Source: Octopus vulgaris
Lineage: Eukaryota
NCBI GenBank assembly: GCA_951406725.2
Contig: OX597820.1
Coordinates: 39,494,001 to 39,558,000 of the forward strand
DNA: 64,000 nt
Reading direction: 5' to 3'
Made by a program: the position numbers and the translations under genes. Numbering within the stretch: position 1 is the first letter of the stretch; the number at the start of each line of letters is the position of its first letter. Under the pieces are notes generated by a model. It did not search any database, was not told the origin of the DNA, and was given only the letters and a program-made list of their open reading frames with translations. Shown one piece after another: positions 11,870 through 23,630 of the stretch.

Positions 11870-12960
11870 GGTTTGCTGCTATGCATTACACATCTCTCAA
11901 GCTTTTCTGTATCTGATTCTTTTTTTTTTTGCCAGAAGGCCCTCTAACCACCTTTGAGGAATTGTCTTTCACTCTACTTCTCGACTATGAAGGATCAGTA
12001 AGCAGCACTCCCGTGGAGAAAGTTTTACTTTTGCTACCTACTTTGTAAACACCTCCACACTACACATAATTGATAAATCCATTCCACTAGATTCACCACC
12101 ATTCCCATGAAAACCATGTAAATATCTCTAGTTGCTTTGAAACAACATGATTATTGGCCCTGGTAGTGTTTCGTCTCCTAATCTCAATGTACCCCAACGA
12201 TAACTCCATTCACCTAAAACTTTTCAATCTCTCTCTTTCTACATGCTTATATTCTGATCATTGGAAATATGGTTGTGTGTTCCATTTCAAGAAGGACAGC
12301 CCTCTCACCCTACCATCTACCAATGTATTGCAATCACCTCTATTATCTCAAAGGTTATTGAAATAGTCATTTACAACAATCTTCTCAAATAACTCTCTCT
12401 CTCTCTCTTAAATGCCATACTGGTAGATCTAACAGAGACTTACTATCAGTCTGTTTACCAGTGTGCTTTCACTCTAGAAAAATTTAGTGAAGACTTTGTT
12501 GTTACTATCAACATTAACAAAGCTTTTATCCTGTTTTGGATGAGGATCTCCTCTTGAACCCCCACCTCCCTATGGGCTTCATCCGTTTCTTATCTCTTGG
12601 ATCACTGACTTCCTTTCAGGCTACACTGTCATGGTGTGTGCTAAGGAGCGCTATCTGACACCTTCTATCACCTATAGTGCATCTCATTATTTGGTTTTGT
12701 CCCCTACAATCTCTTTGAAGACATGAATAAGCTACATTCTATCATTGACAACAACATACACTCCTACACTGATGATAGTATCATTTATTCTTCCCTAACC
12801 CTCCGCATCACAATCTCAATGCTACCCAGACACATCGTGCCAAATATGCATTGTCTCTATGAACAAAGACTTCACACATCTCTTCCTATAGGGTCATGGC
12901 AATTTTGTCTATTTTAACTGCTAAAATCACAACATTGCAAATATCAAGAAACGATGTTGA
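11870..12960 (+). mobile_element. Highly decayed LINE reverse-transcriptase fragment (CR1/L2/Jockey group)
   Basis: Frameshifted remnants: ...LFNLSLSTCLYSDHWK..., IAITSIISKVIE, NINKAF (DxxKAFD), HSYTDDS (YADD). Confidence 0.6.
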
Positions 12961-13160
12961 GGGTAAACCATATTTTCTGGCAAAAGTGGTGCTGCATGAA
13001 ACTAATGGTAGGCCTCTAATCGGTTAGGTGTGGTGGTGGTGATGATGTGATGAGAAGGACAATACTGATTATGTTGGTGTAGATGCCTGTACAACATATG
13101 CATACTCATTTATATATTGTTGATAAAATACCTAAAGTTTTCCATTTACTTTTAATGCAG

Positions 13161-13253
13161 GTTTTGTATTCCTGTTCCATTGGTTTCCTATATATACTCG
13201 TTGGATTAGTAGTAACGGGCAACCTATTACCTGCTGTTCATTTTTGCTCTGAG
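13161..13253 (+). CDS. SLC35B3: SLC35B3 coding exon
   Basis: aatgcag| acceptor, |gtaagt donor. VLYSCSIGFLYILVGLVVTGNLLPAVHFCSE. 93 nt, phase 0 to 0. Confidence 0.94.
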
Positions 13254-13389
13254 GTAAGTCAATAAACCACTACATCTTGGACAAATGTAATATTACTTAT
13301 TTCATTTTCTTAATATTTTAAAATGTATAGTTAAACTACTAGTAGATGATTGTAAATGGCTGAATTGTTAATGTGAAACAAAATATATT

Positions 13390-13808
13390 CTATGAGCAAA
13401 ACGTCCCCCCCCCCCTAATGGATGGTGCTGAGTTGTCGAACATTTAAACCAAATTTTCTCAAAACAATTTGTCCGATCATCCCATAGGTCTCCCCTTTGA
13501 GAAACACTGATTTAACCTAAATTTGAGACACCAGCAAAAGAAAAAATAAAGATAGACTTTTTTACTATTCCAAGAAAAACAATTTTACAAATGCATGTTC
13601 CCACAGCTTTATTGACCGCATTCTCACCTGGAATCGATTTTTGTAATTTTTTCAAGACTTATACACGCCCTGATACCGTTGGTATCTACATATCAAATTT
13701 GAGTGGGTTCATCTGTACATTTTAAAACATACATTCGGATGGAGGATGCCCAAGATCCTAGAAGACACAGACAGACAGACAGACAGAACGGATTTTATAT
13801 AATAGATA
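13390..13808 (+). mobile_element. Non-autonomous Helentron-type (HINE/DINE-1-like) element
   Basis: Homolog of 48531-48990, with (CAGA)n near the 3' end followed by ttttatataatagat. Confidence 0.65.
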
Positions 13809-14169
13809 TAGTTACAGTTCTTTATGCTCAGAATTCAAAATTTCATTTTACACTTCATCTTATTGTGGTTGATAAAATAAAATGCCAGTTGAGTACTGAC
13901 ATTATTTCATTGGCTGTTGTGTTGATCAAAGTGATCACCCCTGGTTCAGAAAAACCAGTAATCTAGAAAAGCTTTGGAACCAAAGATTCTGGAAAATTGA
14001 TGTCATACCTCTATATGAAAGAAAAATGTGCACCAGTTTTGCTGCCAAGGCTTAGATTAACCCAAGGCTATGACAGATGATATCTAAGATTCTGCACTGT
14101 AGAATCAAATGTGGACCTTTGTGGTGATTATGAATTCTTAACTGCTCAGCTGTGCCTGCACAGACATAC

Positions 14170-14500
14170 CTACACTCACTCACCCTTTCATTCACCCACT
14201 CAAACTTTCAGTCACTCCCCTGCTAACCTACCCATTCTGTCATTCTTTCACTCACTCACTCACTCCTTCATTCATTCACCCCTTTATTCATTCACTCCTT
14301 TATTCATTCACTCCTTCACTCACTCCTCCACTTACTCCTTCATTCATTTACTCCTTCATGCACTCACCCCTTCATTCATTCTCTCCTTCACTCACTTGCT
14401 CTTTCAATCACTCCCTCCTTCACTCTCACCTATTCACTCATTCCTTCACTCACTTACCCTTTCAATCACTCTCTCTTTCACTCTACTCACTCCTTCATTT
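14170..14500. repeat. Degenerate (TCAC/TTCA)n low-complexity tract
   Basis: Almost G-free C/T/A tetramer repeat; explains the H/S/F/T-rich ORF 14111-14506. Confidence 0.85.
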
Positions 14501-15148
14501 ATTTGAAGCTGAATTTTCCTTCCATTGTGACTCAGACATGAGATAAGTTTGTTTGACAAGTTGAAGTGTCAAACTCTGTACAACAACAAAAAGAAACCTC
14601 AGCTTCAATCAGAAATATATAAACTCTGTATATTTATTATTCTTGTACAAGAATATTGTTGACAGCGACAATCCCTTGATGGTTTTGCTGGCCAAAACTT
14701 CAAAGTCATTATCAACAACATTCTTGCAAAAGAATAATTAATTTATACTCAACAAAAGTATAGAGTAAGCCATCAGATAAATGTAAAATTGTTTTTATAA
14801 TAATAATCATCATCATCATCGTCGTTTAACGTCCGCTTTCCATGCTAGCATGGGTTGGACGATTTTGACTGTGGGCTGGTGAACCAGATGGTTGCACCAG
14901 GCTCCAATCTTGATTTGGCAGAGTTTCTACAGCTGGATGCCCTTCCTAACACCAACCACTCCGAGAGTGTAGTGGGTGCTTTTTACGTGCCACCGGCACA
15001 GGGCCAGTCAGGCGGTACTGAATATAAAAACAAACATTAATATAAACTCTATATATTATGTGTTTTTTTACACTTGATTGAACCCCACCACAAAAAAAAA
15101 AAAAATACAAAGAAATCAAGCTAAACAGTTCAATTTCTTTATTTCCAG

Positions 15149-15260
15149 CATCCTACAGTAACATATGGCTATTCATTCATCTTTTCCATTGCTGGATATC
15201 TCGGACTTATTAGTGTTTTGACTCTTGTTAAGTCCTTTGGGGCTTTAGTTGCTGTCACTG
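15149..15260 (+). CDS. SLC35B3: SLC35B3 coding exon (not in ORF track)
   Basis: atttccag| acceptor, |gtgagt donor. HPTVTYGYSFIFSIAGYLGLISVLTLVKSFGALVAVT(V). 112 nt, phase 0 to 1. Confidence 0.94.
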
Positions 15261-15603
15261 GTGAGTTAACTTGGACTTTTTTTTTATTATTTTACTGAAG
15301 TTTAACTATATCCAATATTGAAACCTTATGACATGGGAGAATGTATAATCTGAAATAGAGCATATAATGAGGAATGAACATGTCTACACTGCCATCATCA
15401 TCATCATCATATAATTAAACTGTTAAATACAAGTGCAAACTGGAGATGAGATCACATCTTTGGGGAGCAAGCTTTCCAACCATGGGGCTTTGGGTTCAGT
15501 CCTGCTGTGTGGCACCTTTAGAAAATGTTTTTTTACTATAGCCCTTGGCTGAACAAAGCCTTGTGAATGCATTTGGTGGATGGTAAAAGAAATTAGTCTG
15601 TCA

Positions 15604-15634
<31 letters not shown>

Positions 15635-16781
15635 CTGTGTGTGTGTGTTTGTATGTATGTGTGTGTTTGTATATATGTGTGTGTGTGTGTTTGTTCCAAT
15701 GTGTTTTCTTATTGTAGTTTAAGAAGGTAGGTTATAAGAGAGATTTGGCTGCTATTTCTAGCAGATCAAGCAACTATGTAGAACAAATGAGTGTGCTTTT
15801 ATGTGGTCCCTAGAATTACAGGAAATAGCAGTTTATGTCCTTGTAACTTAGTGGGTTCATCTAAAGAGAATGACAAAGAACCAAGCTTATGAAGTATAAA
15901 TACTAGGGTCAGTTTGTTTGACTAACCCTTTAAGGTTCTGCCCTAGCATAGCTGAAGTCTGATGACTTGAATAAATGAAAAATGAGTGCATATATGGTTG
16001 TGTGGGGAAGAAGTTCATTTCACAATGATGTGTGACATCTTGCACATGAGTCTTCTACATTCCACAATACTCATGGATCAACCAAAGACCTGTTAGTGAA
16101 ATGTAGTAAACAGAAACAGTGTGGAAGTTCCTTTCATGGAATATTCCTATTTTGAATGGTAAACTTAACTCATTAATTGGTTTAACTATTCTATATTGTT
16201 TTTGGTTGCCTTTAATGAGTTCACTCTGGTGTAATCCTTCACTCTAGATGTCCAGTGGAAGAATAACCTCCTCTCCACTTCCTCTCCATCATGGAGGCCC
16301 TAAAACATGGCCTGACTGCTGCTTTTCCTTCTTTGGCTAAGCTAAAAAGCACCCATGCTGCTGCCACATAAAAAGCACTTGTGCAAGTGCATGTAATCAG
16401 GACTCATGCTGGTGCCACATAAAAGGCACCCAGTATGCTCTGTAACGTGGTTGGTGTTAGGAAGGGCATCAAGCTGTAGGAACCACGCTAAAACAGACAA
16501 TTGAAGCCTGGTGCAGCTCTCCGATTTTCCAGCTCCTGTCAAACTGTCTAACCCATGGAAAATGGATGGTGAATGGTGATGATGATGACGATGGTGGTTT
16601 TATACTCTCAGAATTTTCAGTCGTATTTGTTACACAAGAACTGATCAGATAATGCCTCCCACATGGCAAAATATTTTGCACTGCATTGGTTGAACAGACT
16701 TGTGTCTGGCTTATTTCATGTGACAGAACCTCTCTCTAATTAGGACTTCTCTCTAATTTCTTCCTTTTTCTTCTCTTTCAG

Positions 16782-16851
16782 TGACTACTTGTCGAAAAGC
16801 CCTAACCATTGTCTTGTCATTCATATTTTTCACAAAACCTTTCACCATTCA
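16782..16851 (+). CDS. SLC35B3: SLC35B3 coding exon (not in ORF track)
   Basis: Long polypyrimidine tract + cag| acceptor, |gtaagt donor. (V)TTCRKALTIVLSFIFFTKPFTI(H) with the conserved TTxRKAxTIVLSF. 70 nt, phase 1 to 2. Confidence 0.95.
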
Positions 16852-17042
16852 GTAAGTGTTTTTTGCTTATATACTTGTTGGTTTCAGTCATTGAATTGTG
16901 ACCATGCTGAGGCATTGCCTTGAAGTGTTTATTAGTCATTATGATCAACTTATTTTATTGATCTTAATATTTCAAATAGTTAAGGCAGTGAGCTGGCAGA
17001 ATTGTTATCATTCCAGGCAAAATGCATAACAGCATTTCATCT

Positions 17043-17458
17043 ACAGTTCTATATTTAAGAGATAAGGAATTTATGTACATTATATACATTCAATGGATAT
17101 TTGTCCTCATCTTGTTTGTTGTTAACACAACGTTTTGGCTGATATACCCTCTAGCCTTCTTCAAGTGTCTTGGGGAAATTTCAAACCTGGGTTCTCATTC
17201 TTAAGGTATTTTGCCCATGGGCATATGGCATAGTGGTTAAAGGCGCAGGCTACTAACCCCAAGATTCCGAGTTCGATTGCAAGCAGTGACCTGAACACTA
17301 ACAATAATAATAATAGTAACATCGAAAAATACCTTAGGAATGAGAACCCAGGTTTGAAATTTCCTCAAGACACCTGATGAAGGCTGGAGGGTATATCAGC
17401 CAAAACGTATTAACAACAAACAAGATGAGGACAAATATCCATCGAATGTAAATAATGT
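17043..17458 (+). mobile_element. tRNA-headed SINE with hammerhead-ribozyme tail, preceded by an inverted tail copy (Penelope-type insertion)
   Basis: TSD agcatttcatct at 17031-17042 and 17459-17470 inside a family C SINE. tRNA-like head 17219-17291, inverted arms 17076-17212 / 17326-17459, CTGATGA core at 17374-17380. Confidence 0.75.
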
Positions 17459-19140
17459 AGCATTTCATCTGTCTTGATATTCTGAATTAAAATTCCACTG
17501 AGGTCCACTTTGCCTTTCATTTTTTCAGGGTTGATCAAATAAGCATCAGTTGAAAACTGGGGTGTTGGTAATCGGTTTGTTGGCCTTGTGCCAAAGTTTG
17601 AAACCAATATTTCAAATGGCTAAGTTATTGTTTGATATAAAGAAATCCAATTCAACAAGCTGTTTCACACCGGTATAAGACAGACAGCCACATATACAGA
17701 TAAAAGTCAAATCTCTGCTGACCTCCAAATTAATATAGCTATGATATAAAAAAAGAAAAAATGTTCTCATTCTGACCATTGTCCTTTATTCATAACGTAC
17801 TTAAGACTTCATTATCCAATGTGTTTTCTTATGGTAGTTTAAGAAGGTAGGTTATAAGATAGATTTGGTTGCTATTTCTAACAGATCAAACAACTATGTA
17901 GAACAAATGAGGGAGCTTTTATGTGGTTCCTAGAATTGTTGGAAATAGCAACCAAATCTCTCTTAAAGTATATTCTACTAGTCCAAAAAGGGAAGGACAT
18001 ATTGGTTAAGCTGATCCTAGATATGCAACACCCTAAGATAACAGCAAAGTGATCATGACGGGAAAACTTTTTAATCATAGGTCTACTGAGTTAGTGCTGA
18101 TCCCATTGTACTCAGCTCCTGTTTTATTTAGTCTCTAGTTCAATTTTCATTAAAGAGGTCTGTAGTTGACCATTTCAATCCCAACTTAATATTTCTTCAT
18201 ATTGGAACAAGCGCACATACTTGCATTTTATCAATCACTTTCCTGAAAAAAGAAAATACTAAATTTACTTTAGAAGGATTTGAACTCTGAACGTAATTGA
18301 CTGTAACTACATACAACACATTTTGTCCAGTGCTCTCAACAAATCTGCCAAGCTACTATTGCTTTGATATTGGTTTCAAATTTTGGTACAAGGCCAGAAA
18401 TTCAGGGAAGGGGTTAAGTCAATTACACTGACCCCAGTGCTCAACTGGTACTTATTTTATCAACCCCCAAAAGAATGAAAGGCAAAGTTAACCTTGGTGG
18501 TATTTGAACTCAGAATTTAAAGCCTAACAAAATGCCACTAAGCATTTGGCTTGGCATAATAATAATTCTGCCAGCTCATCACTTTACTATTGCTATAATA
18601 TTAATGCCCTTTCATTGAGCCTGGTGAAATGATAGGTGGTACATTGACAGAGTTGGTAGAGCAAGGAATAAAATGCTTTGCAGTATTCATTCAGACTTTC
18701 AACACTGGTTTCAAATACTTTCGAGGTCAACAGATGAAGTACAGCTAAAGGATTATGAAGTATTGGAATTGTTAGAAGGTCAAATAGGATGTCTTATAAT
18801 ATCTGTTGTGGCTCTTAGCACCCTAGTTCAAATTCCATCTTGGCTAATGCCTTGGTTTATTCATCTGATCATGGGAATCATCCATCATGTTGTTAGCCAA
18901 TATAACTAGGTAGGCTTACAACAAGTACAGATAAGCTAGTAACACCATTCTGAAGTTTCATTCAATGGTGGATTGGAAAACAGGTGAATGGAATTGAAGA
19001 AATGAGAAGTAAAGTGAATCTTACATTGTTCCCTGTTAATATTCCAAAGTAATCTACTGGCACTTTATCATTTGTCATTTTTGATGGCTCTTATACATTG
19101 TGATATTCATTATGTGCTTTAGAAGCAGCATTAGTTTAAA

Positions 19141-19298
19141 ATTGCAATTTCAATATTATACTCAATGCAGATATATCACTTAATGTCAAATTAACTGCAG
19201 TATACATTCTATAAGAGATATTATCTCAGGATGAATACTGCAGTTAATTTGATTTACTGTGATGTATCTGCATTAAATATGATATGCAGATTGCATTT
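19141..19298. repeat. MITE-like hairpin
   Basis: Imperfect inverted repeat with a perfect core tcaaattaactgcagtat (19186-19203) / atactgcagttaatttga (19235-19252). Confidence 0.7.
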
Positions 19299-19749
19299 AC
19301 AATATTGATTTCTTTTAGAGTGGTGGATTGGCAGAATTTATGAAAGCAATGGACAAAATATCACATCGTATTTAGTTATGTCTATATTATCAGTGATGTT
19401 CTGGAATCGCTATAAATGATTTATACACCTATTTACAAAAATGCCTATCTTAGAAATCAGTACAAATTTCTTTCAACCAGATTCAATGCTTCAATACCAA
19501 GAAACGTTTCATCTCTGTGTATTACTGTTATTTTTATGTGTTAGCCTGGAAATAAAGCAGTAGGTGAGTCTAATACCACTACTTGGTCCTTAAATACCTT
19601 GAGTGGAGTTTGCCCTAGTGCACCCATTTGGACCAGATGTTTAGAGTAGGCATTAGCCCATTATACCAATATTAATTTCACTTGTCCACTAGTACACACT
19701 GGTGAAATGAATGTAGCTAACATCCACTGTGAATATCTTTAGTTTAAAA

Positions 19750-19995
19750 AAATGATAGTCAAGTTAAGTTCATTTTTTTGGCTCAAAAAGCAAAATGCAA
19801 GGCCATGTAGGGGGACATGGAGTTATGTACAGGGAGGGTGTTCATGCAAAAAGTTCAGGCCATTTCTGGTCAAGAGAATCTTTGAACCGAGCAGTCGGCG
19901 TCTCGTCTGGCAGCTTATTCCACGGATCCGCAACCCGGACGGAGAAAGCCCCTCTCCTTCGATTGAGATGAAATCGTCGCAGATAGAGCTGAGTG
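19750..19995 (-). mobile_element. CR1-clade LINE 3' end fragment
   Basis: Minus strand reads LYLRRFHLNRRRGAFSVRVADPWNKLPDETPTARFKDSLDQKWPELFA* (CR1 C-terminal FSxRVxxxWNxLP...FKxxLD). Confidence 0.8.
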
Positions 19996-20399
19996 GGAAC
20001 CTTACATTGTTCCCTATTAATATTGCATTATCTCCTATTAATCATATATTCACCATCATCATCTAGTGTACCTTGGCCATCAAAGATTGTTATTGCTTTT
20101 TGCAAAATATAAAGTTATTAGTCTGTGTAATATCACTCTGCAGCAGGCACGACTCATTGTCAGCCGATTGGACTAGAGCAATGGGAAATGATGTGCCTCA
20201 CCCAAGTGCACATTGCACTGCCTGGCCTACATATCAAACCCATGATTTTACACTTGTGTGTCAAACTGTCTAACTACCAGTCATTAGCCTCCACACAACC
20301 ATGCATTATATATGGATAGGTGAAGTTATGTATGTTCATAAACCATGGCTTATACAATAAATAGTTAACTGGAGGTAATAAGACTTTTGTGTTGCCTCC

Positions 20400-20820
20400 A
20401 TTTAACAGATTGCGTTTTAACATTTCATTACTGTAAACCTTAATTTAATTTCCTATTAATTACACATTACCTCCATTGTAACTATATGTTATCTCTTGTT
20501 AATCCTACTTTACATCTTGTTAACCTTATTTTAATCACCTTTTAACCTTAATTAAATCACCTGTCAAACTGAAATTGCAGCCTTTTAACCTTTATATAAA
20601 CTCCTGTTAACTCTACATTTACCTCCTAGTAATCTTATATTACCTCTTGTTAACCATACTTTACCTCAATTTACCATATATTATTTCCTATTAACTATGT
20701 GTTACTACCACTTACCAATATTACAATGCACTCAATTTAACATCATCACCTTTCAATTTTATTTTAACTGCCTGTTAACCTTACATTAAACCCATTTATC
20801 TTATTTCACCTTTCTTTAGC
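20400..20820. repeat. Degenerate ~21-22 bp minisatellite (consensus about tacctcctgttaaccttacatt)
   Basis: Units such as tacctcttgttaaccatactt, tacatcttgttaaccttattt and aaactcctgttaactctacatt repeat for ~400 bp. Confidence 0.7.
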
Positions 20821-20865
20821 TATATATTACGTTCTGCAAATCTCATTTTCTTGTGTGTTTTACAG

Positions 20866-21019
20866 TTACCTCTGGTCTGGTCTTATTGTAGTACTAGGAA
20901 TCCTGATGAATATTTACAGCAAGAATCATCAGAGATTCGAGATGAAAAGTATTACACGCTTGTTAAAAGTGCTGTTTCGCCATAAAACCAAAACTGTGGG
21001 TTTGGAAAGAATCATTTAA
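20866..21019 (+). CDS. SLC35B3: SLC35B3 terminal coding exon
   Basis: gttttacag| acceptor. (H)YLWSGLIVVLGILMNIYSKNHQRFEMKSITRLLKVLFRHKTKTVGLERII*, TAA at 21017-21019, followed by AT-rich 3'UTR-like sequence. Confidence 0.93.
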
Positions 21020-21699
21020 AGATATTGCAGCTGTGATATGATACATTATTCATCAACGTTGAAAGAAAAATCATTTTTACTTTTACTGTAATTCATGGAC
21101 ATGTTTCTTTTTACTTATTTATTTTATTATTATTTTTTTTTTTGTTGGGGTCTGACATTTGTATTCATTTCTAATCTGTGGTGTATTCCTTTCTTAGAAA
21201 GATATATAAGTTTCGAATAATCATTTCAAATATGTTGTGTTAGTTTGGAAAGAAGTTTTATCAAAAATCATATATTGAATTTGAATCAATTACATTATAG
21301 TAGATGTAAAAGTTGTAAATAATATCCATCTAAAACATATACACATATACCATTATATCCACTTTCGTTTATTTTGTAATAATAATATATATTTGATACC
21401 TAATAATAATAATATATAATTCTATTACAAAATATAGTGTACAATGAAAGATTTTGATATTTAATAATCTGTCTGATATGAAAGTATTTGTTTCCTACTC
21501 AAAGCTGACTAGTTTGTGACAGAAAGGGCTGGGGTCTCATGCTATAAAAGAGCTGTTAACCTGAAAAAACCCCAAAAAACTCATTTCACCCATACAGGCA
21601 TGGAATAATGGATGTTAAACACTAATATACAAATTTAGAATGTAAATGTTGAAGCATAGAGAAATATGCAAATGAGTATTTATTAACATTTTGTTTTGA

Positions 21700-21705
21700 A
21701 ATAAA
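21700..21705 (+). promoter_or_regulatory. Candidate poly(A) signal of SLC35B3
   Basis: AATAAA about 680 nt after the stop, in AT-rich UTR-like sequence. No transcript evidence. Confidence 0.3.
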
Positions 21706-22599
21706 TTCAGCTACATTAATTTAAAGACTCTTTGGATGGAAAATGGTAAGATGAAAGCATTTAGTTTGATGGCAGAAAGATTGGGACTGATTTAGTGTAA
21801 TTGGTAGCATTCCTGTTTCAGTTTTAGAAGATGTAGCGTTTGAGTCCTACTAACAGCTTTCCATCATTTGTCAATTCAAGGTGGTTTTTATGTAATGTGT
21901 TGTAAGCTCTTACAGCTGAATTCTCTTTGAGATACATTATTGATTAAGGTTTATTTATATGTGTGTGTGCGTGTATGCATCTGTCTGTATGTGTGTGTGT
22001 GTGTAGACTGATATATGGGCCTGTGGTTAAAAAGTTTGCTTCATAACCATATGGTTTCAGTTTTTTTCCAACTTTTCCAAAATGCTGAGCTGTATTTCTT
22101 TTGGCTCTTTTTGTTCTGAGTTCAAAGTTTGCTGAGGTCAGTTTACCTCTCATGCTTTTGGAGTCAATAAAATAACAGTTGAGAGCACTAGGGTAAATGT
22201 AAACAACCCCACTTCACCATCAAAATTGTTGACCTTGTACCCATAATAGAAAGGATTATTATTACTATTAAAATAGTAGGATTCCTTCAGATCCAGGCCA
22301 TCACCTCAGTAGCACTTCATGTGAGTGGTTAATGGAGTGCTGAAAGAGGTATATCCTCATTAATCAACTAACTGATTAATTAATTAATAATGAAGTACTC
22401 AGCAAATCTAAAGAGTGTATAGCAACAAATTGTAGTACATTTATCGCAGAGTAAATAATGATAAAAGAATTTGGAGTAAAAATGATTTTCTTTACATGAC
22501 AATTGTTTCCATGAGATTACCCATTTTGTACATGTAAAAAATTAGTAAATAAATAACCATGCTTGCTTCATACCCTTGCTTGATGGGGTTGGGGCCGTC

Positions 22600-23050
22600 C
22601 CAGAGACATCATCATGCATAGAGCCTATCAAATCCAACAGTATTTTCCATTGCTGGCAGTTCTGTGCCAGCCCCTCTACATCCTCCAAGGTGATGTCAAG
22701 CTTCTGGAGATCATTCTCAATGATGTCTAGCCATCTGGTGTGAAGCCTGCAATGTGACCTCTTCCAGGCTGCAACTACTGTGATGAATGAAAGTGAAGCC
22801 CTGGTAGGATGATCTAGCGGGAGATGGAGGACATTGCTGTACTAGCACATGGACTGAGGTGGGAGGCTGTGGACTTGTGTGTGCATGCATGCAATTCTTT
22901 GTTAGGAACTTGATGGTACCATCTGATGTTTTTGATCATTCTCAGGACTCTGCTATCAGAGCTGTTGATCCTCTTTGCCAGGGTCATTGATAGGGCCCAT
23001 GTTTCTGTTCCATAAAGGAAATAATAATCATGTAAAGAAAATTGTTGTCT
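22600..23050 (-). mobile_element. Decayed RTE LINE C-terminal fragment
   Basis: LYGTETWALSMTLAKRINSSDSRVLRMIKNIRWYHQV (RTE LYGxETW...LRxIxxIxW). Confidence 0.75.
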
Positions 23051-23073
23051 TTCCTTATTCATTTATATGTCAT

Positions 23074-23630
23074 AATGAAAACCACAAGTCTTGTGCATAA
23101 TGAAAACCACAAGTCTTGTGCATTGTGGTGCCAGATACTTGTAGAGCACTTGATTGTACGGGCTAAGCTTTGCCAATCTTGAGAGCGATCTGTGATGGTC
23201 ACTCCAATATGGTAGCAATAAATTTTGTGGTAAGGCTTCAACAAATATAAATAGCACTCAATCAGTTAAGAGAGTAAAGATAATTTTATAATGAAAATCA
23301 AAGTCTTGTGCATTGTGACACAGGGTACTTGAATCATAGAGTACTTGAGTGTACTGGCTAAGCTTTTGCTAATGTTAAGAATAATCTGCAATGGTCATTC
23401 CGGTATGGCAGCAATAAATTGTGTGGTAAGTCTTCAACAAGGAGAATAGCACTGGAGCAACCATTGCAGATTCTTCTTCAGATTGGCAAAGCTTAGTCAG
23501 TACAGTTGAGTGCTCTATGATACAAGTATCCTGTGCCCCGAAGCACAGAGATTGTGGGTTTCATTATAACTTTATCTTTACTCTCTTATGTGATTAACTG
23601 CTGTTCTACTTGTTGAGGCCTTACCACACT
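23074..23630. repeat. ~190-bp unit in two direct copies plus an inverted copy
   Basis: Direct copies start at ~23098 and ~23289 (aatgaaaa..a.aagtcttgtgcattgtg); inverted copy at ~23450-23630. Confidence 0.75.

Noticed and set aside
17219-17291. tRNA gene
   Set aside because: Acceptor and T stems do not pair properly; it is a SINE head. The same applies to 51030-51100.
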